In this document: piece after piece, positions 17,908 to 26,479 of the stretch
Layout: each line of letters opens with the position of its first letter
Position numbering within the stretch: position 1 is the stretch's first letter
Source of the DNA: a virus
Lineage: Duplodnaviria > Caudoviricetes
DNA length: 28,160 nucleotides
IMG/VR virus record: IMGVR_UViG_3300027770_000207
Coordinates: 1-28,160 of that record
Reading direction: 5' to 3' (one strand)
The notes under the pieces: generated by a model
What the model was told of the DNA's origin: nothing
The model's database searches: none
What the model saw: only the letters and a program-made list of their open reading frames with translations
Translations under genes and position numbers: made by a program

Positions 17908-18555
17908 ATGAGACTAATTAGAGAAGAAATAAGCGACGCTCAGTATATCATAGAAGAAACTGGCGAAGGAAAAAAGAATTATTCGATTAAAGGTATTTTT
18001 TTACAAGGAGACCTTAAAAATCGTAACGGTAGAATTTATCCAACTAACGTACTTCAAAAAGAAGTTACTAGATACAACAAAGAATTTATCAATAAAAATA
18101 GAGCATTCGGCGAACTAGGTCATCCTGAAGGACCAACTGTTAATTTAGAGAGAGTATCTCATATGATTAAAAAGTTGTATCCAGAAGGAAAGAACTATAT
18201 CGGTGAAGCAAAAATTATGGATACTCCATATGGTAAGATTGTAAAAAATCTTATTGATGAAGGCGCTAAACTAGGTGTGTCATCAAGAGGTATGGGTTCC
18301 TTAGTACAAAAAAATGGTCATCACTATGTAGGAGAAGATTTTTACTTAGCGACGGCCGCTGACATTGTGGCAGATCCATCTGCTCCAGACGCTTTCGTAG
18401 AAGGCATTATGGAAAATAAAGAGTGGGTATGGAACAATGGAATCCTTGTGGAACAAGATGTTGCCGCTTGGAAACAAGAACTAATTAAGACAAAAAGACT
18501 TGAATTGGCTGAGAAAAAAGCTAACATATTCAAGGATTTTTTAAATAAACTATAA
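17908..18555 (+). CDS. gp21: Prohead protease gp21
   Basis: GIFLQ..KNRNGRIYP, GELGHP, LGVSSRGMGSL, DIVADPSAPDAFV. Confidence 0.97.
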   Translation: MRLIREEISDAQYIIEETGEGKKNYSIKGIFLQGDLKNRNGRIYPTNVLQKEVTRYNKEFINKNRAFGELGHPEGPTVNLERVSHMIKKLYPEGKNYIGEAKIMDTPYGKIVKNLIDEGAKLGVSSRGMGSLVQKNGHHYVGEDFYLATAADIVADPSAPDAFVEGIMENKEWVWNNGILVEQDVAAWKQELIKTKRLELAEKKANIFKDFLNKL

Positions 18556-18571
18556 TAGAAAAACTAACAAT

Positions 18572-18579
18572 TATAAATA
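18572..18579 (+). promoter_or_regulatory. T4-type late promoter
   Basis: Exact TATAAATA before gp22. Confidence 0.8.
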
Positions 18580-18634
18580 TCACTATAAACGAGATATTTT
18601 TAATTCGAATTAAAAAATAAAGGAGATTTCTCAA

Positions 18635-19699
18635 ATGGCTACAGAAAATAACGTAGAAGTCAAAGCAAATACAATAGTAGAACAAGACACTATTGCTGAT
18701 GCTCCAAAAAAGAATGCTGTGGCAGCTGAAACTAGTCCGCTTAAAAATGAAGCAGAAGATTTAGGTGCAGCCGTTGTTAAAGCAACAGACAGCAATCCTG
18801 ACGCTACAAAAAAATCAAAAAAAGTTTCTGACGCAGTTAACGCTAAAGCAGAAGCAGGCGACGTAAGTGGCAATCCAGATACACAAGCTGGTGTTACTAA
18901 AGTTGATGCTCCAGCAACAGTTAAAACTGAAGAAACTGAAAAAGAAGAAGTAATTGACGTTTCTGATGATGTTAAAGCATTAATCGGAGATGAAAAATTA
19001 ACAGAAGAATTTAAGGCAAAAGCTGCAACTATATTTGAAGCTGCTATCAGATCAAAAATGAAAGTAGAAAAATCAAAAATGGAAGCTGGTTATGCAAAAA
19101 AACTTAAAGAAGAACTTGATACAACTAAAACAGAACTTGTTGAAAAAGTTGATTCATACTTAAACTACGTAGTTGAAGAATGGATGAAACAAAACGAGAT
19201 CGCTGTTGAAAGAGGTATTAAAGGCGAAATCGCTGAGGACTTTATCAGTGGTCTTAAAAAATTATTTGAAGATCATTACATAAACGTACCAGACGAAAAA
19301 TATGACGTGTTAGAAGATCAAGCTTCTAAAATCGAAGAGCTTAACAAGAAATTGAACGAGCAAATCGACGCTAACGTTAAATTAAATTCTGAAATTGGTA
19401 AATTAACAAGACAAGATATAGTTGACTCTGTATCTTCTAGTCTTACTGATACTAACAAAGAAAAGTTTAACAAATTAGCTGAAGAAATTGAATACACTAA
19501 CGCTGATGAGTTTAAGAAAAAAGTATCGACTATTAAAGAGTCATACTTTTCAACAAAAGAAATTTCATCTAATAATGAAATAGATAACGTTGCCGAAGGC
19601 GAGACTACAGACAATGTAGATTTGTCAAACGCTATGACTGCTTACACGGCCGCTATCACTAAAACAAAGAACTCAATTAAATTGGGTTCAAAAAAATAA
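18635..19699 (+). CDS. gp22: Prohead core scaffold protein gp22
   Basis: EEFKAKAATIFEAA, VDSYLNYVVEEWM, GLKKLFEDHYI, IKESYF. Lies between gp21 and gp23. Confidence 0.93.
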   Translation: MATENNVEVKANTIVEQDTIADAPKKNAVAAETSPLKNEAEDLGAAVVKATDSNPDATKKSKKVSDAVNAKAEAGDVSGNPDTQAGVTKVDAPATVKTEETEKEEVIDVSDDVKALIGDEKLTEEFKAKAATIFEAAIRSKMKVEKSKMEAGYAKKLKEELDTTKTELVEKVDSYLNYVVEEWMKQNEIAVERGIKGEIAEDFISGLKKLFEDHYINVPDEKYDVLEDQASKIEELNKKLNEQIDANVKLNSEIGKLTRQDIVDSVSSSLTDTNKEKFNKLAEEIEYTNADEFKKKVSTIKESYFSTKEISSNNEIDNVAEGETTDNVDLSNAMTAYTAAITKTKNSIKLGSKK

Positions 19700-19717
19700 A
19701 GGGAGAATAAAAAAGAT

Positions 19718-21076
19718 ATGTACTTATCTGAACAACTAGTTAAAAAGTGGTCACCGGTCCTTGAACATCCAGAACTCCCAAAAGTTACGGATAGTTATAA
19801 AAGAGCGGTTACTGCTGTTATCTTGGAAAACCAAGAAAGAGCATTAAGAGAAGATAGAGCATTCATCAATGAATCTGCTCCGCAGAACTCAACTGATGCT
19901 TCTTACGTACAAAATTGGGATCCAATCCTAATTTCTTTAGTAAGAAGAGCGATGCCAAATCTTATCGCATACGACATAGCAGGCGTACAGCCTATGACTG
20001 GTCCAACTGGACTAATCTTCGCTATGAGAGCAAAATACGCTTCACAAGCAGGAACAGAAGCTTTATTCAATGAAGCTGATACTGATTATTCTGCTAGAAA
20101 CGCAGCTGGCGACTCTACTTTAGGTGGTGTTGACGGTTTAGGTGGTGGCCAAACAGGTACTAACCCAGCGTTGTTAAACGACAGCCCAGCTGGCGCTTAT
20201 ACAGCACAAGGTGGTATGGCTACTTCAACTGCTGAAGCTCTAGGTGATGCTTCAAATAATAGCTTTTCTGAAATGGCTTTTTCAATCGAGAAATCGACTG
20301 TAACTGCTAAATCAAGAGCTCTTAAAGCTGAATACACAATGGAACTTGCACAAGACCTTAAAGCAATTCACGGTTTGGATGCTGAGACAGAATTAGCAAA
20401 TATTCTATCTTCTGAAATCCTTTCTGAGATCAATAGAGAGATCGTAAGAACTATCTATATCGTTGCTGAAAAAGGTGCTTCTGCTAACACAGGTACTGTA
20501 AATACAACAACTGAAGGTATTTTCGATTTAGACACAGACTCTAACGGAAGATGGTCAGTTGAAAGATTTAAAGGACTAATGTTCCAAGTAGAAAGAGAAG
20601 CTAACGCTATCGCTCAAAGAACACGTAGAGGAAAAGGTAACATTCTGATAACTTCTTCAGATGTCGCTTCTGCTTTACAAATGGCTGGTGTATTAGATTA
20701 CGCTCCTGCTTTAAACAACAACTTACAAGTTGATGATACAGGAAATACGTTTGCTGGAATCCTTAATGGAAGATATAAAGTTTATATCGATCCATATTCT
20801 GCAAACCAAGCAGCTAAACAATACTTTGTAGTTGGATATAAAGGATCATCTCAGTATGATGCCGGTATATTCTATTGCCCATACGTTCCACTTCAAATGG
20901 TGAGAGCTGTTGGTCAAGATAATTTTCAACCTAAAATTGGATTCAAAACAAGATACGGAATCCAAGCTAACCCATTCGCTGAAAACTCAGGTTCAGGCGC
21001 AGCGGTTATCAACGGTGCTGGAAATATCAACTCAAACAGATACTACAGACGAGTACAAGTAGCTAACATTATGTAA
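19718..21076 (+). CDS. gp23: Major capsid protein gp23
   Basis: GVQPMTGPTGLIFAMR, KSRALKAEYTMELAQDLKAIHGLDAE, FYCPYVPLQM, FQPKIGFKTRYG. Confidence 0.99.
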   Translation: MYLSEQLVKKWSPVLEHPELPKVTDSYKRAVTAVILENQERALREDRAFINESAPQNSTDASYVQNWDPILISLVRRAMPNLIAYDIAGVQPMTGPTGLIFAMRAKYASQAGTEALFNEADTDYSARNAAGDSTLGGVDGLGGGQTGTNPALLNDSPAGAYTAQGGMATSTAEALGDASNNSFSEMAFSIEKSTVTAKSRALKAEYTMELAQDLKAIHGLDAETELANILSSEILSEINREIVRTIYIVAEKGASANTGTVNTTTEGIFDLDTDSNGRWSVERFKGLMFQVEREANAIAQRTRRGKGNILITSSDVASALQMAGVLDYAPALNNNLQVDDTGNTFAGILNGRYKVYIDPYSANQAAKQYFVVGYKGSSQYDAGIFYCPYVPLQMVRAVGQDNFQPKIGFKTRYGIQANPFAENSGSGAAVINGAGNINSNRYYRRVQVANIM

Positions 21077-21105
21077 GCTAGTTGTTACTTCTTAGTAACA
21101 CGATT

Positions 21106-21137
21106 AAAGGGAGAGTGTAAAAACTCTCCCTTTTTTT
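21106..21137 (+). terminator. Intrinsic terminator after gp23
   Basis: AAAGGGAGAGT-gtaaaa-ACTCTCCCTTT followed by TTTT. Confidence 0.9.
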
Positions 21138-21140
21138 ATG

Positions 21141-21148
21141 CCTAAATA
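21141..21148 (+). promoter_or_regulatory. Late promoter variant CCTAAATA
   Basis: Retains the TAAATA core right after the terminator, 5 nt before the gp3 ATG. Confidence 0.55.
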
Positions 21149-21153
21149 TTAAT

Positions 21154-21780
21154 ATGACTGTTACAAACTCATATTTAAGACAACCTACAAAATTGGACTA
21201 TGCTAGTCCTACTCAATTTAAGTTTAGTATAATTAAATTACCTAAAGTTGAATACTTTTGTACGGCCATTAATCTTCCAGGAATTTCAATAGGATTTTCA
21301 GAACAAGTTACACCTTTGATAGATATACCATATCCTGGTGAAAAAATGAAGTACCAAGATTTAACTATGACATTTATGGTAGATGAAAATTTACAAAACT
21401 ACCAAGAAATTCACGGTTGGTTAGTTGGCCTAGGTTTTCCTAGAGACCACGATCAATATAAAAATCTATTAAATGCCTCTATTGATCGTTTTCCTACATC
21501 AAAAGGAAGTACAAGTAAAGAACCAGGAAAAGTTAAATACGGTACACCTAGTCAAGGTGGTTCATTTTCTGATGCCACACTTACAATACTATCAGCAAAG
21601 AACAATCCAGTAACGGAGATTCGATTTAAAGATGTGTTTCCTGTCAGTTTAGGCGGCCTATCTTACAATCAACAGGCTACGGATGTTAACTATCTTTCTG
21701 TTGATGTTACTTTTAAATATACTGTATATGAATTTGCTTCTACAGTAGGTTCATCAACAACGGCCGTTACTACAACATAG
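21154..21780 (+). CDS. gp3: Tail tube terminator / tail completion protein gp3
   Basis: SPTQFKF.I.KLPKVEYFC, PG.K..Y.DL..F.VDENLQNY.EIH.W, SDATL.IL, F.D.FP.SL. Confidence 0.88.
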   Translation: MTVTNSYLRQPTKLDYASPTQFKFSIIKLPKVEYFCTAINLPGISIGFSEQVTPLIDIPYPGEKMKYQDLTMTFMVDENLQNYQEIHGWLVGLGFPRDHDQYKNLLNASIDRFPTSKGSTSKEPGKVKYGTPSQGGSFSDATLTILSAKNNPVTEIRFKDVFPVSLGGLSYNQQATDVNYLSVDVTFKYTVYEFASTVGSSTTAVTTT

Positions 21781-21781
21781 G

Positions 21782-21810
21782 TTGATTTTTTTATAATTTT
21801 GTGATATAAT
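21782..21810 (+). promoter_or_regulatory. sigma70-type promoter for uvsY
   Basis: TTGATT 21782-21787, 17-bp spacer, TG at 21802-21803, TATAAT 21805-21810. Confidence 0.8.
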
Positions 21811-21816
21811 TAGATT

Positions 21817-22245
21817 ATGGATTTAGAACAATTACAATTAGAAGCAGACAAAGACCTTAAAATTAATGATACCGAATTAGATTTGGAATCATTAAAAACT
21901 CCACAGTTACATAACAAGTATATGAAACATTATACTAAGTTTAAATTACTTCTTACACGTACAGAAGATGAACTAAGAATATTAAGACGTGATAAATGGG
22001 AATATTACACAGGTAAATCAGCTCCTCAAATTTATCAATTAAAACCTTTTAACTTTAAAATATTAAAAACAGACGTTGACAAATATTTAGAATCTGATGA
22101 AGATATACAAAAGCTAACTCAAAAGGTGGCCTATTTAAATGTTGTTGTTGACTTTCTGGATAAAACTTTAAGAGTCATAGTTAATCGAACATACACTATA
22201 AAAAATGCCATAGAGTGGCGTAGATTTACAAGCGGCGCCGTTTAA
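21817..22245 (+). CDS. uvsY: Recombination mediator UvsY
   Basis: LDLESLKTPQLHNKY, KWEYYTGK, RTYTIKNAIEWRRF. gp3-uvsY-uvsW synteny. Confidence 0.92.
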   Translation: MDLEQLQLEADKDLKINDTELDLESLKTPQLHNKYMKHYTKFKLLLTRTEDELRILRRDKWEYYTGKSAPQIYQLKPFNFKILKTDVDKYLESDEDIQKLTQKVAYLNVVVDFLDKTLRVIVNRTYTIKNAIEWRRFTSGAV

Positions 22246-22805
22246 TGTACTTGGAAAATAATCACTGTATTTCTAATGGATATTTTGATAGAAAATACTG
22301 TGATGAAATTATTTCTCAAGCAGAAACATCTAAACTTCATATGGCTAAAGTACAAGATGGTTTGAATATAAACAGAAAATCAAAAATTACTTGGTTAACA
22401 AATGATAAGTTAAATAAGAATATAAACGAAATTATTTTAGATCACAATAAAAAGGCCAAATGGAATTTTGTTTTAAAAGAATTTGAACCACTACAATATA
22501 CAGTTTATGAAACAAACGATCATTATGATTGGCATATAGATAGTCATAGTAAACCATACCCTAATGGTTACATAAGAAAAATAAGTTTTACATTATGTTT
22601 AAATGAAAATTATGAAGGAGGAGAATTTGAAATATCAAGTCCAAATCCAAAACCAGAAAAACATATTAATACTAAGTTTAATGATAAGTTTACATTAGGA
22701 ACAGTTATATCATTTCCATCTTTTGTTTGGCATAAAGTAAATCCTGTCACAAGTGGTACAAGAAAAGTATTAGTAGGTTGGTCAGTAGGCCCACAATTTA
22801 TTTAA
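22245..22805 (+). CDS. 2OG-Fe(II) oxygenase (same family as 6621..7286)
   Basis: LQYTVY..HYDWHID, RKISF, YEGGEFE, FPSFVWHKVNPVTSGTRKVLVGW. Confidence 0.88.
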   Translation: MYLENNHCISNGYFDRKYCDEIISQAETSKLHMAKVQDGLNINRKSKITWLTNDKLNKNINEIILDHNKKAKWNFVLKEFEPLQYTVYETNDHYDWHIDSHSKPYPNGYIRKISFTLCLNENYEGGEFEISSPNPKPEKHINTKFNDKFTLGTVISFPSFVWHKVNPVTSGTRKVLVGWSVGPQFI

Positions 22806-22810
22806 TACGT

Positions 22811-24331
22811 ATGACATTAACAAAATATATTATTATAGATAAGAAGAACGAAGTATATCTTAAAATAGAAGCTGAAGAATCTCTACGTAGAGAATTATCT
22901 CAATATTTTGAGTTTGAAGTTCCTGGTTATAGATTTACTCCTCAATTTAGAAACAAATGGTGGGACGGTAAAATAAGATTATTCTCCTATGCTACTGGCC
23001 AAATATTTGCTGGCCTTTATCCATATATTGTTAAATGGTGTGAAGATAACAAAGTACAAGTTGTTGATGGTACTAAAATAAAAGATATAGAAGTAGATAA
23101 AAAATTAGTAGATAAATTTGTAACTGGTTTAAAGATACCAATGGAATTAAGAGATTATCAGAAACAAGCCTTTATACACTCATTAGAAAAAACACGTTGT
23201 TTACTATTGTCGCCTACGGCCTCTGGTAAATCATTAATAGTTTATCTATTAGTGAGATTTAATTTGTTAAGATTAAAAGATAAACCAAATAATAAGATAT
23301 TAATTATAGTACCAACCACATCATTAGTAGAACAGTTATTTAAAGATTTTAAAGATTACGGTTGGAATCCTGATAAAAATGTACATAGAATATATCAAGG
23401 ACACGATAAAGAAACAGATAAGAATGTGATTATATCTACTTGGCAATCTATCTATAATATGCCTAAGAAATGGTTTAAATCATTTGGTGTTGTTATTGGT
23501 GATGAGTGTCATTTGTTTAAGGCCGTTTCTTTAAGTAAGATAATGACTAAACTTGAAGATTGTAAATATAGAATAGGTCTTACAGGTACTTTAGATGGTA
23601 CTAAGACTAACAAGTTGGTTTTAGAAGGCCTGTTTGGTGCCGTTAATAAAGTTACATCAACTGCTGAACTACAAGAGAAAAAACAATTGGCCGATTTGAA
23701 AATTATATGTTTAATACTTCAACACGATAAAAATTCTAAACACTTTTTAAAAGATAAAAGTTACCAAGAAGAAATGGATTTTCTAGTGTCTAATGAAAAG
23801 AGAAACAAATATATTCGTAATCTATGTTTAAGTTTACAAGGCAATTCTTTAGTATTGTTTCAATATGTAGAAAAACACGGTGTTATATTAAAACAACTTA
23901 TAGAAGATAAAGCTGAAGATAAGAAAATATTTTTCGTTTATGGTGGTGTAGAAGCAGAAGAAAGAGAGAAGATACGATTTATAACTGAGAAGTCAGACAA
24001 TGCAATTATAATCGCCAGTTACGGAACGTTTAGTACTGGTATTAATATAAGAAATTTACATAACATTGTTTTTGCTAGTCCAAGTAAATCACGTATTCGT
24101 AATTTACAATCTATTGGTAGGGGTCTAAGATTAAAAGATGATAATTCGGCCGCTACTTTATATGATATTGCTGATGATTTAAGTTATAATGGTAAAGAGA
24201 ATTATACTCTACAACATTTTAGAGAAAGAATAAACATTTATACTTCTGAAAACTTTAACTACGAAATACATAACATAGAACTCATAAATAGTAATAACAA
24301 TGGAACAAATAAAAATAATAAAGCTGATTAA
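22811..24331 (+). CDS. uvsW: RNA-DNA/DNA helicase UvsW
   Basis: WDGKIRLF, LRDYQ, SPTASGKS, GDECH, GLTGT, FSTGINI, LQSIGRGLR. ATG 22811 preferred to TTG 22778. Confidence 0.95.
   Translation: MTLTKYIIIDKKNEVYLKIEAEESLRRELSQYFEFEVPGYRFTPQFRNKWWDGKIRLFSYATGQIFAGLYPYIVKWCEDNKVQVVDGTKIKDIEVDKKLVDKFVTGLKIPMELRDYQKQAFIHSLEKTRCLLLSPTASGKSLIVYLLVRFNLLRLKDKPNNKILIIVPTTSLVEQLFKDFKDYGWNPDKNVHRIYQGHDKETDKNVIISTWQSIYNMPKKWFKSFGVVIGDECHLFKAVSLSKIMTKLEDCKYRIGLTGTLDGTKTNKLVLEGLFGAVNKVTSTAELQEKKQLADLKIICLILQHDKNSKHFLKDKSYQEEMDFLVSNEKRNKYIRNLCLSLQGNSLVLFQYVEKHGVILKQLIEDKAEDKKIFFVYGGVEAEEREKIRFITEKSDNAIIIASYGTFSTGINIRNLHNIVFASPSKSRIRNLQSIGRGLRLKDDNSAATLYDIADDLSYNGKENYTLQHFRERINIYTSENFNYEIHNIELINSNNNGTNKNNKAD
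24283..24290 (+). promoter_or_regulatory. Late promoter variant CATAAATA inside the uvsW 3' end
   Basis: One mismatch to consensus, 9 nt before ATG 24300. Confidence 0.45.
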
Positions 24332-24707
24332 CGGCGATGACATTGTTTGTAGTCTGGCTAAAGAACAATTGCCAGATAAAACTCCATTGTTACGTATAGA
24401 TAAGCCGTTACAGATTAAATACGTATCTCAATTAACAGCAAAAGGCCTTAAAGATTATATTGCTCTTATTAAATGGGCTGCCTATACTAATGATAAGATT
24501 ATAACTATTCCAAAAGATAAAATCGTTACAATTACAAATGCCACCGAAGAAATGACTAAGAGTTATATAGAAGTATCTAAGAAGTATGAAAAGATAGTGG
24601 TGCCAAAAAGAAGTGAACATAATATTGAACAATTAAGTGAGGAAGAAAATAATGAGTTTAATGAATTGTGGGACGAGTTTAGAGATATTAGAAAAACCAT
24701 CCATTAA
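24300..24707 (+). CDS. Conserved hypothetical between uvsW and gp55 (possible Sm-like fold)
   Basis: IKIIKLINGDDIVC N-terminus and acidic tail. Fold assignment is inference. Confidence 0.65.
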   Translation: MEQIKIIKLINGDDIVCSLAKEQLPDKTPLLRIDKPLQIKYVSQLTAKGLKDYIALIKWAAYTNDKIITIPKDKIVTITNATEEMTKSYIEVSKKYEKIVVPKRSEHNIEQLSEEENNEFNELWDEFRDIRKTIH

Positions 24708-24742
24708 TCTGGAGTATTCTATATCAAAGAGGCGACACCCCC

Positions 24743-24770
24743 ATTATACAGATAAAAAGAATAAAGTCAA
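24743..24770 (-). promoter_or_regulatory. Antisense sigma70-type promoter
   Basis: Minus strand reads TTGACT-16bp-TATAAT followed by GGGGGTGTCGCC. Confidence 0.65.
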
Positions 24771-24813
24771 CCCATCCTGGAACCGACTTTTTTCATAGTC
24801 TTTGTATAAGTGA

Positions 24814-24842
24814 TTGACAAACAACACAAAGTGTAGTATATT
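24814..24842 (+). promoter_or_regulatory. sigma70-type promoter for gp55-gp47-gp46
   Basis: TTGACA 24814-24819, 17-bp spacer, TATATT 24837-24842. Confidence 0.8.
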
Positions 24843-24848
24843 TAAATA

Positions 24849-25430
24849 ATGACAACATCAAAAAAATCAAAAGAACATTACGTAAGTAATAAAGATTTTT
24901 TGGCCGCAATGATTGAATATAAAAAAACAGTCAAACAATCGGTTAAAGAAGGCATAACAAAGCCAAGAGTACCTGATTATATCGGCACTTGTTTTTTAAA
25001 AATAGCAAATCACTTATCATATAGACCGAATTTTATTAACTATACATTTAGAGATGATATGATTTCTGATGGTATAGAAAACTGTTTACAATACTTAGAT
25101 AACTTTAATCCAGATAAATCAAATAATCCATTTGCTTACTTTACACAGATTATATATTATGCTTTTATAAGAAGAATACAAAAAGAAAAGAAACAAGTAA
25201 CAATCAAGCATAAGATGTTATTAGATTCTAATTTTGATGATATGGCTTTACAACCAGGAGAAGATAGGGAATTTCATAATCAGTTTACAGAATTTTTAAA
25301 GAAAAACTTGCCAATAGAAGAAGTACCTAAGATTGAAAGTTTGGTTCATCATAGAGAGATGAAAAAAGAAAAAGAAAGAAAAAAGAAAAGAACACGTAAA
25401 GGCAAGTTAGATTATTTTATTGGTGTATGA
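24849..25430 (+). CDS. gp55: Late transcription sigma factor gp55
   Basis: HYVSNKDF, FLKIANHLSYRPNFINYTFRDDMISDGIENCLQY, NPFAYFTQI. C-terminal LDYF resembles the T4 clamp-binding LDFL motif. Confidence 0.96.
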   Translation: MTTSKKSKEHYVSNKDFLAAMIEYKKTVKQSVKEGITKPRVPDYIGTCFLKIANHLSYRPNFINYTFRDDMISDGIENCLQYLDNFNPDKSNNPFAYFTQIIYYAFIRRIQKEKKQVTIKHKMLLDSNFDDMALQPGEDREFHNQFTEFLKKNLPIEEVPKIESLVHHREMKKEKERKKKRTRKGKLDYFIGV

Positions 25431-26479
25431 AAATAGCGTTGATTAACGATACGCATTGGGGAGCCAGAAATGACTCACCAGCGTTTATAAATTATTTTAA
25501 TAGATTTTATGATGAGGTTTTCTTTTCTTATCTACAAGATAATAATATAAACACATTAATACACTTAGGTGATGTAGTAGATAGAAGAAAGTTTATTAAT
25601 CACAATACAGCTTATAATTTTAAATTAAAGTTTTGGGACAAAGTTGAACAACTAAAATTAGATACACATATATTATTAGGAAATCACGATACCTATTATA
25701 AGAATACAAACACAGTAAATGCTTTACAAAATTTAAATCTACCTAAAAACACAAAAATATATACATCACACGACACAGTATCTTTTGATGGTTTAGAAAT
25801 ATTATTCTTACCTTGGATTTGTGATGATTTAGTTGAAAGCTCATTACACACTATTGATAATTCAACAGCACAAATTGTTATGGGACATTTAGAAATAAAA
25901 GGATTTGAAATGCACAAAGGCCACCTTAACGAACAAGGTTTGGATAAGTCATTATTTAAAAGATTTGAAAAGGTTATATCAGGACACTTTCATAAAAAAT
26001 CAGATGATGGTCATATCTATTATCTAGGAGCTCCTTATGAAATTACGTGGTCAGATTACAAATGTCCAAAAGGATTTCACATATTTGATACACAAACAAG
26101 AGAATTGACCAGAATACCTAATCCACTAAGAGTACATAAGAAATTGGTTTATAATGACAAACAAGAAGATTATTCTAAAAAGAACTTAAAAGATTTTGAA
26201 AATACTTTTGTTAAATTGTTTATATCTAATAAAACAGATATAGATATGTTTGATAAATTTGTGGAAAGATTTCACAACGAAATAAATGTACACGAACTAA
26301 ACATTATAGAGGATTTAAATAGTGATATTACGTCTAGCGTAAGAGAGGACATATTAGAACAAGGAGAAGATACATTAACATTTTTAGGCAATTATATAGA
26401 TCAGATAGATACTAAACTAGACAAAAACAAACTTAAAAAATTTGCTAAAGAACTTTATGCGGAGGCTAGTGAAACTTGA
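25427..26479 (+). CDS. gp47: Recombination nuclease subunit gp47 (Mre11/SbcD-like)
   Basis: DTHWG, LGDVVDRRK, GNHD, GHLE, SGHFH metallophosphoesterase motifs. Confidence 0.96.
   Translation: MKIALINDTHWGARNDSPAFINYFNRFYDEVFFSYLQDNNINTLIHLGDVVDRRKFINHNTAYNFKLKFWDKVEQLKLDTHILLGNHDTYYKNTNTVNALQNLNLPKNTKIYTSHDTVSFDGLEILFLPWICDDLVESSLHTIDNSTAQIVMGHLEIKGFEMHKGHLNEQGLDKSLFKRFEKVISGHFHKKSDDGHIYYLGAPYEITWSDYKCPKGFHIFDTQTRELTRIPNPLRVHKKLVYNDKQEDYSKKNLKDFENTFVKLFISNKTDIDMFDKFVERFHNEINVHELNIIEDLNSDITSSVREDILEQGEDTLTFLGNYIDQIDTKLDKNKLKKFAKELYAEASET

Noticed and set aside
10495-21076. Introns, inteins or homing endonucleases in gp17, gp18, gp20, gp23
   Set aside because: The ORFs are continuous and of ordinary length for T4-like orthologues.
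24763-24793. AAAGTC...GACTTT-TTT as an intrinsic terminator
   Set aside because: Weak 6-bp stem with a large loop, overlapping the antisense -35 box; not convincing.
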